Origin: the human T2T-CHM13v2.0 reference genome, Homo sapiens
Direction: 5' to 3' (one strand)
Assembly (NCBI RefSeq): GCF_009914755.1
Contig: NC_060935.1
DNA: 64,000 bases
The translations under genes and the position numbers were made by a program. Positions 1 through 13,150 of the stretch are shown piece by piece. The notes under the pieces were generated by a model. That model was not told the DNA's origin and made no database searches. It saw nothing but the letters and a program-made list of their open reading frames with translations. The first letter of the stretch is position 1, and each line of letters begins with the position of its first letter.

Positions 1-236
1 TTCCACAGACTTTTCCTCCTTCCAACGGGTTACGGCCAAGGCCTCCAAGACAAGCCCAACACCAGGTCCACAGGCAGTGGCACCCACGGTGGGAGAAACT
101 GACCAATGAAAGTTCATGGCAGCCTCCACAAGCACCCCCAGACTGGGCCTCGTGGCTGTGCTGCCAGGACTACGACCCTCTCCCCGAGAGTCGGCGCTCT
201 CCCCAAGCAGAAAGATACAGACACCTGTGTCCCTAC

Positions 237-361
237 CTCAATCAAGAAGTCCCCGGTCCTTAGTCCGGCTTGCCACGCCACCCCACCTTCATCCACGGAC
301 TCCAGGTACTGTAGGGCTGGGAAAGCCGGTGTTGGTGTGAATTCTTCAATGGGTGTGTCAG
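237..361 (-). CDS. SHANK2: SHANK2 coding exon, PDZ domain core: (A)DTPIEEFTPTPAFPALQYLESVDEGGVAWQAGLRTGDFLIE
   Basis: Minus strand ttcccag|CTGACACA...ATTGAG|gtaggg; 125 nt (2 + 41 codons), phase 1 in and phase 0 out; the peptide is the recognisable Shank PDZ sequence. Confidence 0.97.
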
Positions 362-1909
362 CTGGGAAGACAAGCAGCACCTGGTTACAAGCCTGGGAGA
401 TGTCTTCCAAGTTCACATTGCCTGACCTCCCCACAGGACCCCGGGAGGAAGTGGGCCCACTCATCTCCCATTGCAGGTGGCTAGTCCAGGCCAACTCTCC
501 CCCAGGAAGTGCTTGAGATTCATACTCATGGGCTGATGCAACTCAAGCAATGAAGTCAATTGCACCTTGGGGCCGCCATCATATTTCTTGGCCTCTCTGC
601 TGAAACCACAGGATAATGTGCTCTGTGGTACATGTCTACACGCCTGTCATTTTCTTTAAAAGCATCAGTGACTAAACATTTTCGGTTCTAAAAATGGAAA
701 AGTTCCTCCCCTGCCACACAGAGCTACAGAAACACCACACTAAACCACTTGCCAAATTTACATCTACGTAGACTCGCAACCAAGGGAATTCAACTTGGAA
801 CGCGGACGGAACATCACGCTGACCCAGTGGGTGGCTACAGATTTGGAATGTGCTCATGAGTCCTCTCTACAGGGAGTCCAGGCCTCTGTGACCACTCTGT
901 GTGTGACCAGTGTCCCTGGGCACTGGCATGTGTGTGTGTGGGTGCTGAACCACTACTGCCCAGCACAGTGAGGCTTGGCTTCTGGGGCCCCACACAGCTG
1001 CCAGGTGCAACTCCAGGGCAGGAGATGGACTTTTCTAGGGAGGCATGAGTGGCCAAGGGTGGGTGGGTGTGGAGATAAAGATTCCAGCAGGGGGAGGGGA
1101 GAGCAAATCACACAGACAGGCGTGGATGCTCTCACAGAGACAGATGCATCTGCTCTTTCTCTCTCTGGACAGCTCGCTATGGAGCTGCCTGAGTCTGAGG
1201 CAGGTGGGCATGCCAGCTGGGGAGGAGGCCTCCTGCAGCACAGGTGCGGGACCCCTGGCACAGCGCGTAAGCTCCAAGATGAAACTTCCACATGGCTGAG
1301 CCACACACACAGTGGGCGGATGTCCCCTCTCATGGGGAGGTGATGCCATTTTGTTTTCTTTTGGAGGGGAAGCTGCGCGTGCAGGGTGACTGGCAGGTGC
1401 ACCGCCATGGACTGCATTCCTGAGCCTCCCACGACGGGCCACGTAACGTGTGTGCTGCCGGCTCAGTCCACGGCAGAGGGGACCATCTTGTCACATTTCC
1501 TTTGCAAAGTCACCTTAGAGGTGAGCACACAAATGCCTGCCGCCCTTGGAGCCAAAGCCCACTCCCAGAATGGGGCAGTTTCTAGGTGCCTGAAACTCAG
1601 GCCAGGGCAATCCTGGGGATTTGAGACCCAGAGCTCTGAGGGTAGCCACAGTCTGGCTCAACTAGAACACAAAATACTGACCACCCCATCATTTAAAAAC
1701 AAAAGGTAGGAGGGGCAGGAGGGAGAGAGAACCCATTCAGAACAACATCATCTACAGAAAATTAAAAACATTCCTCAAGGAAGCCCTAACGTTTTCTGAG
1801 TAAGGCACAATGTGAAGGAACATGGTTGTCTAGCAACTGAGTGCCCCCAGGAAAAATGCTTATTTAATGCTTATTCCTGAGCTGGGGAACGTTTTTCATG
1901 CAGGCGTAT

Positions 1910-1932
1910 ACACACACACACACACACACACA
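1910..1932. repeat. (CA)n microsatellite, about 40 nt downstream of the 1973 donor
   Basis: About 11 uninterrupted CA units. Confidence 0.95.
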
Positions 1933-1972
1933 AACATGGGAACATATTCAGGCTCAGAGCGGCTGCTCTTAC

Positions 1973-2055
1973 CTTTGGCCCCTCGAAGCACGAATCCAAA
2001 GCCCTCATTGTCTTTTTTCTGCAGGACCACCGTCTTCTCCTCAATAATGCAGTCA
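1973..2055 (-). CDS. SHANK2: SHANK2 coding exon, start of PDZ: (S)DCIIEEKTVVLQKKDNEGFGFVLRGAK, including the GFGF carboxylate-binding loop
   Basis: ctctctacag|TGACTGC...GCCAAAG|gtaaga; 83 nt (1 + 27 codons + 1); phases match the 39067 donor upstream and the 361 acceptor downstream. Confidence 0.97.
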
Positions 2056-2144
2056 CTGTAGAGAGAATTCCGGGGACAGCGACCATTATTGTAGCCCGTC
2101 ATCATCACCGCGGCCGCTCCTCCGCCGGGGACGTTCATCATCAT
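1973..2144 (-). CDS. SHANK2: First coding exon of the short SHANK2 isoform (CortBP1/ProSAP1 type, lacking ANK and SH3): MMMNVPGGGAAAVMMTGYNNGRCPRNSLY-SDCIIEEK...
   Basis: ATG ATG ATG starting at 2144 reads in frame through the acceptor into the PDZ exon, giving 29 unique residues; matches the short-isoform N-terminus as I recall it; lies at the edge of a CpG island. Confidence 0.9.
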
Positions 2145-2900
2145 AGCCAATTAATCACCCCAGCTCGCCAGATCCAGGCAGCATGGAGGAAAGGAGGCAG
2201 CGAGGGTGCAGGAGGAGCGAAGGAAGAGGGGGGTGGCTACCGGGATAGGCGAGCGTGGCACAATGAGACTTGCAGGGTGGGGGCAGGCAGAGCCGGAGCC
2301 AGCCGGAGGAAGGAGTCATACATGGTGGGGCGGCTGCCTGAGGGATGGCTGAGCTGGAGGCTCAAGGGGGGCTGGCCAGGACGCCGCCCAGGGCAAAGAA
2401 AGTAAGTGGCCCGAACGGCGGCGGCGGCAGCGGCGGCCTCAGCAGCGGCGGCGTCGGGAATGAGCTCCTCCGGCTTGTCCCGACCACACGCATCTTCCAG
2501 GGAAGCCCGGGAAAATCAGCCAGAGGAGAAATGAGGCAGCAGTTTTGTTTTGCTTTTCCTTGAAGGGGGTTTAAAATAAAATCAAATCCTATCTGCTCCC
2601 CGCACGAGCCGGCAGCAGGCACCAGAGACGCAGGGACCTGCGCGTCGCATCCAGCGCCCCCTCCCTCTCCCGTCCCGGCGCCGGCGGTGTGCGGCAGGCA
2701 GGAGCCCCCACAATCATCTGACGAGCCCACAGTGCGCCCGGCGGCTGCTTGGGCGTCATCCCGCGCGAGCATCCGCAGGCTGGGCTGGGAGAGGGCGGGG
2801 AGGGGGAGCGGCTGGGGCTCTCTCGGCATCCCCCCCTCCAGCGTCCCCCCGGTCCCTTGCAGCCTTGGAAGGTGGCCGGTGGCCGGTCGGGGAGGGGTGG
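2030..2900. promoter_or_regulatory. CpG island / internal promoter of the short SHANK2 isoform
   Basis: Very high GC content with dense CpG (cggccgc, ggcggcggc, ccgcgcg), G-runs and GC boxes directly 5' (minus sense) of the MMMNV start. Confidence 0.85.
2416..2452. repeat. Short interrupted (CGG/CAG)n tract in the CpG island
   Basis: cggcggcggcggcagcggcggcctcagcagcggcggc. Confidence 0.85.
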
Positions 2901-5522
2901 GGGCTCCCTGGCAGAGGACTCAGGACATTTCGGTGTTAAAGCCCCTGAGGACACCAGCCCCCTCTGGGGATGATGAATTCATTGCTGGGGAACTGGAGGG
3001 GGTATGTGGCTGCCCCTTTGAGATGACAAAGCTAAAGCCACAACTGCTTGCCTCTAGCCATGGCATTTTTTTTTTTTAAGGAAAGAAACCAAAAAAGCTC
3101 CAACTTTGCTCTAGTGGCCACAGTGTCCTCTCGCTTTTCCTGCTGGCACTCGCCACATGACATCCAGCCCCCGAGGCACCCAGAGTGTGTGGGACGGTGC
3201 CCTGCTCAGTGAGCCTCCAGGCTGCGGCTGAACTGTCCTCCACCCCCACCTTCTGGGTGGCCTGCGGGGGCAGAAGGGGAGTGAGATGAAGGCTACCGGC
3301 ACCCCCCCGCCCCGTAGGACTCTGCTGCTGCCCGGAAGTTAGTGGGGAGCTGGGAAGGCCTCTGTGGAGGGGAGCGGGGAAGGGAGGGAGGCAGCGTGGA
3401 GGGAGGCCTCTACAGGGTCTTGCGGGGCTGTGTGTGAGCCTCGGGGGTGAGGAGAAAGGACACCAGGCCAGCGGCCCAGCCGGAAAAAGCTGCAGATGGG
3501 TCATGAGGAACCCACCAGGCCCCCGTCGCACAGGGGCAGTCCCAGGGATGCAAATTTCAAACAAGGCCATGTGCTGACGGACTCTTGGTCCCAGAGGAGT
3601 GCGGGTCAGCTCTGCCTGGCACCAGCACCAGGTTCACGGTCTACAGGAAGCACAGGGCCCCAGGTGCAGCCAGCTGGTGACAGCACAGCCACCCCGGATT
3701 GGGGGGCCCTGGGGAGGAGGAGGGACGGGGCAAACGTGGATGACAGGGCTCAGTATCCTGGACAAGGGACGAGCAGCGGCCCCTCGATCCTCCCATTTTA
3801 CAGATGAGGCTGGTGAGGCTCAGAGAGATCGGAGGACCCAGCTAGGGAACGCGTGCTCTTCTCACCACTCCACGCACCCACCCCCGACAGCATCAGAGGG
3901 TCGTGCATGGAGGCATGCTGGGGTGACCCTGTCTTCCAGGAATAGCCCAGCATGAATGATAGCTTCACAGCCGAAGACCAGGACAATCCAGGTGACTGGT
4001 CACTCCCGTTGTCAGCAGCTGGGAGGGGGGTTCTGGCCCCTGACCTTCTTTACCTTGCCCCCTCCCCAGAGACAGCCTGCTAAGTGCAGGGAGGTCCACT
4101 CTGGGGAACTCGGTCACAACTGTGAGCCCCTCTTGGCTCATCCCTGGAAGCCCACTTACCCTGCTCAGGGCCACCAAACAAGGGCTGACACAGGGTCAGA
4201 GGTCCAGGACCCTGGGAGCCTGGGGGTGAGGTCACATGGTTATTGTGACCTTTAGAAAATGATGGGGCTCTCTAAACCTCAGTTTCCCTGCACAGCAAGA
4301 GTGGGTAAGAACAAACCTACAGGCCTCTTGGGATCACCATGGGGTCAGATGAGGCCATGCCATGCTGGTGTGGTGTAATAGGATGCCTCAGGCCGCTGTC
4401 CCTGTGACGGCTGCCATTAACCTCCAGCAGGCCTGGTAGGTGGCCAGGACTCTGCAGCCCTAAGGAGGCTGAGCAGGGAGAGCTGGGGCTCTACTGCCAT
4501 GGATTTAGGGGTCCATGAGGCATTGATGAGCAGACCCTCTACCAGGTCCCTCGACCTGTCTCCACGGCCCCCCACAACGAGAACACAGACTTGTGTCCCT
4601 CATGGGAAATGCCTTCTAGTCACCACCCATTTTCCCTCTGAACTCCTGAAAGGGGAGTCAGCCCACCCCGGCCCCATGGCTCACTCACGGCTGGGGAGGC
4701 GCAAGCTGTGTGACCAGCCTGTGTGTCTCCTGTGTCTCCTTCATGGAAGGTTCTCTAAAGGCCAAGGCTGCCAAAGCCAAGAGCCTCTGCTCAACCCTGC
4801 TGTGCACCTGCTGTCTGCAAGAGGAGCTGCTGAGGGTGACCGCCTCCCTGAAACCCTGGAAGGATGATGCCGAACCCTGGGGTCTGGAGCTCAGGGCCCT
4901 GCACTCTCCCTGGGGACACATGGGCTGATCAAGTCCATCTCCACCCAGCTCCAAGGGGAACCTGTCATGCGCTCCAGGCGTGCTCACTTGCACTGCTGGG
5001 CAGCTCCTCCTGCAGTGCCCAACGCCATCCAAACCTTGCATCTCCAAGATGACCCAGACCACTTCCTGCCAGCATACCCTGCGACGGGAACTTCTTAGGG
5101 CCAGGGGGGCTGCCCAGACACTTGCTAGCTGTCTCCCATAGACTAGAGAAGGGCAGGGGCATTCCAGTGTGGCTGGTGGAGGCACAGGCTTTGGCATCAC
5201 ACGGAGCGTGGTTCAAATCCCAGCTTTGCTTTGACCCCAAGGTCACTGACCTATCAGGCCCCAGAGCCTGCTCTGCAAAATGAGAACAACAAGATGCACC
5301 TGATGGGTCCTGAGCTGGAGGCCGTGGAGTCGTGCATCCATGCCTCAGAACCAGCCCAGGCAAGCAGCACATGTTCATAACTCCAACAGTTACAAGTGGG
5401 ATCCCTGTCTGCACACGCCACCCTCTCTTCCCCGGACCCCCTTCCTCCTACAGGGACCCCTCTGATCTCGACATCCAGGGCTAAAACCTTTTCAGTGATT
5501 CCTAATGCACCCAAGAACTTAG

Positions 5523-5816
5523 TTTTTTAAAATTAGAGACGGGGTTTTGCTCTGCCACTCAGGCTGGAGTGCAGTGGTGCCATCACAGCTCACTGTAAGT
5601 TTGAACCCCAGGCAGTACGTGATCCTCCTACCTCAGCCTCCCAAGTAGCTGGGACTACAGGCACACACCACCATGCCCAGCTAATTTTTAATTTTTTTGT
5701 AGAGACAGGGTCTCACTGTGTTGCCCATGATGGTCTTAAACTCCTGGCCTCAAGGGATGCTCCCTTCTCGGCCTCCCAAGGTGCTGGGATTATAGACGTG
5801 AGCCACCACACCCTGC
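5523..5816 (-). mobile_element. Alu (AluJ-like)
   Basis: Diverged reverse Alu dimer: ggctggagtgcagtgg...gctgggattatagacgtgagccacc. Confidence 0.92.
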
Positions 5817-8494
5817 TCCATCTGAGAATTTTCTAGCCCACACTTGTAACTGTGCAAAGATCTTGCCCCAAGACTGTAATGGCCCTGTCCTGTTTACTCA
5901 GTAAAACACCAAACTGCTTAGTCTCTGACATTAAGAAGGACTGTTTCTAACTTCTCTTTCCGGCATTGTTTCAGGATCTAAACAGCCCCCACTCCCCACC
6001 CACCATGAACCCATCTCACTTTCACTGGCAGACAGACATGGGTTTGAATTTCAACCCAGACATTGACCACCTTGACTACTTACAGCCTCAATTTCCTGAC
6101 CTGCAAAGTTGGGGAGAAACCTCTGGCTTGTAAGTTTTAGGAGGAGCAAGTGAGGCGATGCCCAGTGAATGCCCCATGAGCAGGAGGCTCCTTGTAACCA
6201 GGGGAAGCTGCTCTTCTTAGCATCCCCGTCCACCTTCTTGAGCTGGGTGACCCTGGAGAAAATGTCCCCTCTGAGCTTGTCTCTTGTGGGGGAGGGGACA
6301 TTTTCTACAAGGTCAATGGGGGCAGTGACCTCATCCTGCAGACCACCCCAAATGCCCACAGCACCCCGCATAGGCCAGGTGCCCCATGTGTGCCCAGAGG
6401 GGATGCAAAATGGGTATGAACTCAAGTCAGGAGCAGAGCAGGGAGAAACGGATGTTGGGTGGGAGGTGGGCGAAGGATGACTACAGGGTTTCGAGTAAAA
6501 AGGCACCAGAACAATCCCTGGATTCCTAGTTAAACCCAGAAGGTAGACTCAGTGCTGCAGAGGACCTACGGCATGCACCTGGCTTGGCCCAGGAAGTCAG
6601 AGAGGAAACAGAAAAGGCAGCCCCAGGCCCTTAGAAACTTTCAATGTTTTGGGGAATTCATGAAAAGCAATGGGACACTCTAGAAGAGACATTCCTTGAA
6701 AGGAGCTGCAGTCACTGTGTCTGAAAGGCGGAACTTGGCAGCACCCCCCATCCCCATGCAATCAGACAGGGGGGTCTCACACGCAGGCCTTAGGAAGGGG
6801 CCTTTCTGGAGACAAGAAACCCTCAGAGGCTCCTTCTGCTGGTTCATGAATCTAAAACCTATCCCAGGATGACAGCTGCGGCTGGGTCCGGAAGTTGTGG
6901 CATTGAGTTCTGTGTGCTGCCCTAGAACTGTGCTGAAGTCCCTGTGAACCAGAGTCTGCCCTGACCTTGGCCCCTGCCAGCCTGCCCTGCCCCTGCACCA
7001 GCAGACCCACTCTCCACATGCAGATGAGATGCACTGCAATCCAGTTTCATGGGGAAATGACCGAGGCGCCTACACGTTCCCCACGCTGTGTTGGGACAGC
7101 CTTCTCCAAGCCCGTCTCACCCCCTAACCTGCTCACTGATCACGTGCCTGAAGTAGGCACTGTGGGCTCCTTGTAAGCAAATGCCATGCCCTGATCCTCT
7201 GAGTATCTCCATGCAACACAACATTGACCCGTGCTTATTGATTGAACAAAAAATGTAATCCAGCGGCGCACTCCCCAAATGTTTTCTGAGCTAGGTGGAA
7301 GGGCACTTTGACATGCCCCAAATGTACCCTCTTTTGCCAACATCTGCTTGCAGCAGGAGCTGTGGAAGGTGAAGGGGGTGGGCAACCAGCCCCACCAAGT
7401 ACAGCTGTGCAGGTTGTGCACTGTACAACTATGGAGGAAACCATTGCCATCATGGCCATCACGGCACAGGTACTAATGGTAATTTCGTCACAGAGGGAAG
7501 AAAAACGTCTTAAGGAAGGGGCAAGCACCTTTTCCTAGTTCAAACAAAGATGGGGTCTAGGCTGCCCTGGCCATGCTGCCATGGAGAATGCAAGAGGTAT
7601 CCCTATGGGAGCCATATTGGCTTCCCGGAGACACAACTACCTCCATGTTGATGCCCTCCTGGGAGCCACTTGGAGGAGAGAGCATCAAAGGTTTGCCTGT
7701 TTCTGCTCACCCACGGTCCCACTGTATGCTGCAAGAGAGCTTATGGGATACACTTGGAGCACTTAGCACCTTGAAGCAAGACAGGAGGGTTGTGGAGACC
7801 CAGGGATGGCCACGCAGCAGGCCCCAGAGGTCTCTCCCCGCTGGCAGGCCTAAAGATGCTCCTGGTGTCTGCCTCGCAAGACCACAGGTGGCCACACACC
7901 CTGTGGCTTTTAGCAGTGGCCCGGGTTCCCTTTCTCCCACTGGGCGCCATGACAGACTCACAGGGAAGGCTGCACTTTCCCTGGTCCAGCGGGCAGCAGG
8001 TGCCAGTGATGACAGTTGGCGTTTAGGATCTGTCAGTCACTTTAACAAGCTCCCTTGGCAGCAGCACCTGATCCTCGAGGTGATGTCCATTTGGAGGCAC
8101 AGGAAGCCAGGCCTGAGCTGGCCCAGACGTATGGGCCTGAGGGGCTCTGGGTGGCTCTGTGTGCCTCCCCACACATGGGGTGGATAGATGTGGACATTTT
8201 AACTCTGAACACCAGTGTTATTGGGGTAGACCAGATGGCTTTACTCATAGCTCTCAGGATCCCAGCTGGGTTGGTGGCCCCGTCTGGTGACAGCTTTAGT
8301 TCTTCCGTGACCAGCTGGGACTGGGTTTCAAAGTTCAGAAGTAACTGGGGCCAGTGTCAAGCCGCCGTGTAAATCAATAAATCAATCCAGCTGTTACATC
8401 CTGAATACCCACTGAGAGTCAGGGGATGAACTGGGTGCTGGGCATTTAGGAAGGAACAAACCAGGCCCAGTCTGGTCCTTATAGAGTTGTCTGG

Positions 8495-8970
8495 TGTGGT
8501 CAGTTGAATGGTGACTCAACCCACCCAAAAAAATGTGTCCAATTCCTAACCCCCAGCGTCTGTGAAAGTGACGACACTTGGAATTTGGGTCTTTGCAGGT
8601 ATAATTAGTTAAGGGTCTTGAGTTGAGATCTTCCTGGATTTAGGGAGGGTCCTAAACCAATGACTGTGCCCTTACGCGAGAAAAGCAGAGGGAGGTTGAC
8701 ACCCAGAGGCAGTGCAGAGGAGGCCATGGGAAGGTGGAGGCAGAGGCTGGAGTGATGTGGAGGCTGGAGTGATGTGGCCCAGCTGAGGAGCACCAAGGAC
8801 TGCAGGCCAACAGCAGAGGTGGAGGAGGAAGACTCTCCCCTGGAGCCCCCGGAGGGAGCGTGGCCCTGCTGTCATCTTGGTTTTGGACCTCTGGCCTCCA
8901 GGGCTGTGACAGGTAAGTGACTTCTCTTGTTTTGAGCCCCCTAGTCTGTGGTGATCGTTAGAGCAAAGGC
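8495..8970 (+). mobile_element. MaLR LTR (MLT1 family)
   Basis: gggtctttgcagg..taattagttaagg..gagatc..cctggattta; gcagaggctggagtgatgtggc; ttgttttgagccccctagtctgtgg. Confidence 0.8.
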
Positions 8971-11900
8971 CGGGCAAGTGAGGAAGATAAACATCAATCC
9001 ACAGTCACAGAAATGTGTGCCTTCAACAGTGCAGGACGTGGTTCTGTGAGAACCATACGGGCACCTGGAAGACTTCCTGGAGGAGGAGGACTGAAGTATA
9101 CATAGGAGAATGGGTTGGAGGACTGGGGAGGGGACAGAAGAGAAAAGAACATTCCAGACAGAGTGGGGTTGGAAGGTAGGCAGCCGGCCCTGATGTCTGA
9201 AGGGCCGTGATGAGGCGGGAGGGCAGGAGCAGCTGACCACACGGGGCTGCAGACGTTGGCTGCCTACTCACCCAGGGCAGTCTAGGGACACAGCTTGGCG
9301 GTGACGCACAAGTGCAGGTGTCAGCAGGGCCCCAGCCACTCACGCTTTACCCCAGTTTCACCCATGAGGACTGAAATGGCAGAAGAGCTGTTGCCCTATG
9401 GCTTTTCCTGGCGTTCTTTCCGGTGAGGCCCGAATCCTTCTGGAATGACTCAGGGTCAACTTGCACCTGTGCCAGGAACTTCCATCCAATGATCATGCTT
9501 CCATCTGAACAATGCACAAGCACGAGTCGGCTGCTGCTGGCTGAGGAGGCTCCCTGGCCATCAGCGTGAACACTGTCGTGCTCCTGCCTAGAAGCCCTGG
9601 CTGTTCTCTTAAAGCGGCTGTGAGTGGTCTGTGGGGAACGGTGGATGACAGAGTTCCCACCTCTGCCTCCATGCAGGGTGGGGCTTCCAAGGTCAGAGTG
9701 GGGCTGAAGCGACGGTGGTTCCTCTGGCCGGGGTTGGACATCGGATGAGGCACTGATGTCAGAACATGTGCACGTGTGAGGTCCAAGGTCCAAGGCCAGC
9801 AGAGGAGGGGGCTGCACATCTGAGCATTCGGTGGGGGGCGTTGCACATCCCAGCACTGGGTGGGAAGGCAGAACTGGAGCAGCCGACCCGCCCTGGATGT
9901 GCGGAAGGGGCCTCCAGAGCCACCGGGCAGGAGGCAGCGGGGCTGTTTCCACAACCAGGCCCTACAGGTCCAGACTCCAGCTGTCTCCGAGGGTTGCAGG
10001 GACCCCCAAATGTGTCTGCAACCTGAAAAATAAAATTCACTGGCTCCAAAATCCAAAGAGAAAACAACAGTGCGGTTAATCTCTGTTGAATTCAGTGTCT
10101 CTGATATTTAACACGGGGTCAACGTCACGACCCATTTAAGCTGGTATCCATAAACGCATCACTTCATTGCGTGTAGAACCACTCGGAGGGCAGGTGTTCC
10201 CACCTTGCAAGAATCCTTGGGTGTGCTGATGGCGGCTGGGGAATCACAGGAGCTGCTGGGGAACGATCAGTGTATCACTCACGGCCAAACAAGTTCAAAG
10301 GCGGAATGATTAAATCACTTCTGAATGTTTTTCATGGCAGAAAGGTACATTGAACATGGGCTGTGGGTGTGATGTCTGATCAGACCCAGGCGGGGACCGC
10401 TGGAATGCAGGGGGGTGGAGCAAGGTCCATAGAGGTGGGTGGTGGGACCTGGGAAAGCCAGGAAGGACTCCCCACAGAGAGACTGGGTGGTGCGTTTATT
10501 GCCCCTGAAAGTCCTTCCCAGAGCAGCTGGAGCCAGGAGATCTGCCTTCTCCAAGGCAGGGAAGGGCCTGAGAGCAGCTTCGCTAAATCATTCCTGGTAT
10601 AATCGCATTTCAGTGGCAGGGCCTGGTGAAGGCAGGAACTGGAGCACTATATTAGAAAGAGGATCCTCCAGGGAACGGTGATGGCAGTGGATGTCCTAGA
10701 AATTTCCGGGCTCTGCCAATCAGGAAAGATGAGGCTAAGCAGAGAGCTTTCAGCAGTTACGTGGGGGGTGTTGAGGTGAGGACCCAACAGGTGTCCCAGC
10801 TCAGCGGAGATGCCAGCTCGGGCGCTTTGGCCGCCGGGTGCGGGCAGCCAGCCCAGCTCACCGTGGCAGAGCTGGCTGCAGGGCAGCACAGAGGGCCGCT
10901 CGACAGGCGGGGCAGGCTGCGGGAGAACAGGAGGGTTTCCCCGTCATCTGTCACTCCCAAGGGGCATGGGGGAGCTTCTCAGCCCATGACCACACGTGCA
11001 GCTGCTCCCAGCATCCTGCTTCCTGGTCGGAGAGTTACAGTGTGTGATGCTGCTCTCTTGCCCTTCCTGCATAACTCACAGGGGAAATGATGCCCAACGC
11101 CCAGTGCCATCCTGGTGCCTGAGTGACAGCCCCGGCCAGCCTGCTCCTGGGGAGGCCATTGCTGTTTCCAGGGCAGGAGGTGATGACTTTGGGCAATTCC
11201 TGCACGGAGGGGACTCCTCCTGGCTCCCAGGAGCCACTCTCACCCACAGGCAGGGGGCTGCGTCGCTTCACGTGGCATCAGGAGGGCAGTGGTTCTGTAC
11301 TCATGCAGCCCGCACACCCGTGCCCAGAGACGTGCGCTGGCGGAAGCCATTTCTCAAATCGGCAATTATGAAAACGCCCTGCCCGGCGCTTATTATGACC
11401 ATTTTCCTCCTCATTGCTAACATGATAAGCAATGCAAGTTTTTCCTAATAGAAACAATAATGTACAAAGAACTTGATTCAAATTAAATTGTCTCATTACT
11501 TTGTAATAAATCACCCACAAGCATTTCCTGAGCACTACCAGGCATGTTACCTGCCAGGAACGGCTGGCGGAGGAGACAGATACGGCTTAACTGCGCTCAT
11601 GATCATGACGGGGTGTGATCAGCGCTCCCTGCCGAGACGAACGGAAACGTCGTCTAGGAGGGAGAATGCTAGGAGGGAGAATGCCGGCCTTGGAAGCTGA
11701 GCACCCCGGTGGAACCCCAGCTTCCCCAAACCAGCGCCGCGCCCCTGGCCAAGTTCCTCAACCTCGTCGAGCGCCAGTATCCTCACTTGACGACTACAGA
11801 TGTCAACCACAGCCTGGAGACCACAGTGGGGTGGGAAGCTCCTTGTTTAAAAGGCCCCTGGCCAGGATTCAGCACTCAGCAGGGGCTGGAAGGCTATTAG

Positions 11901-12403
11901 CATGTGAGAATGCACCTTAGAACTTGCTTCATTCTGGAGACCTTATGCATAAACAGATATTTTCACTTGTCCCCAGGTAAAAGACTCTCCTACTGAGATC
12001 AGCAGAGGCCTGCCCTTGGGTGTCCTTCCTTATGGAGAGCAAGACACACGGGTGTGTTAGCCAACAAGGAGAAAGTCCCCACACTGTTTGTGTCTCAGAG
12101 GTGGGCGGGTCTCTGCACACAGGGCTGTGGGCAGATGGGATGAGGGCAGGGGGCCCCCAAGCAAGGGATGCCAGGATGCCTCCCTGTGCTTCCAAAGCTG
12201 ACACGGACTCTGCGGTGCCAGGCAGAACACCCAAGTGCTGGCCCAAACCCGAGGAGCTGTCCTGAAGTGAGCTCTTTCCTTCCCCCACAGCCAACCTGTC
12301 TGCAAGTACCATGAGTATCTCTATTCTGAGCCCACTGAAAAGTCTCCTCTGAATTCACTCTTTATGTAAAAACCTTAAATCACACTGTATCTCCCCCACT
12401 TAA

Positions 12404-13150
<747 letters not shown>

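Noticed and set aside
114-494. 126-aa minus ORF as a standalone gene
   Set aside because: Only 237-361 is Shank PDZ sequence bounded by AG/GT; the flanks are intron read-through.
2309-2323. uORF peptide MYDSF resembling the SYDSF motif of the 39067 exon
   Set aside because: A four-residue match with no further similarity; most likely chance.
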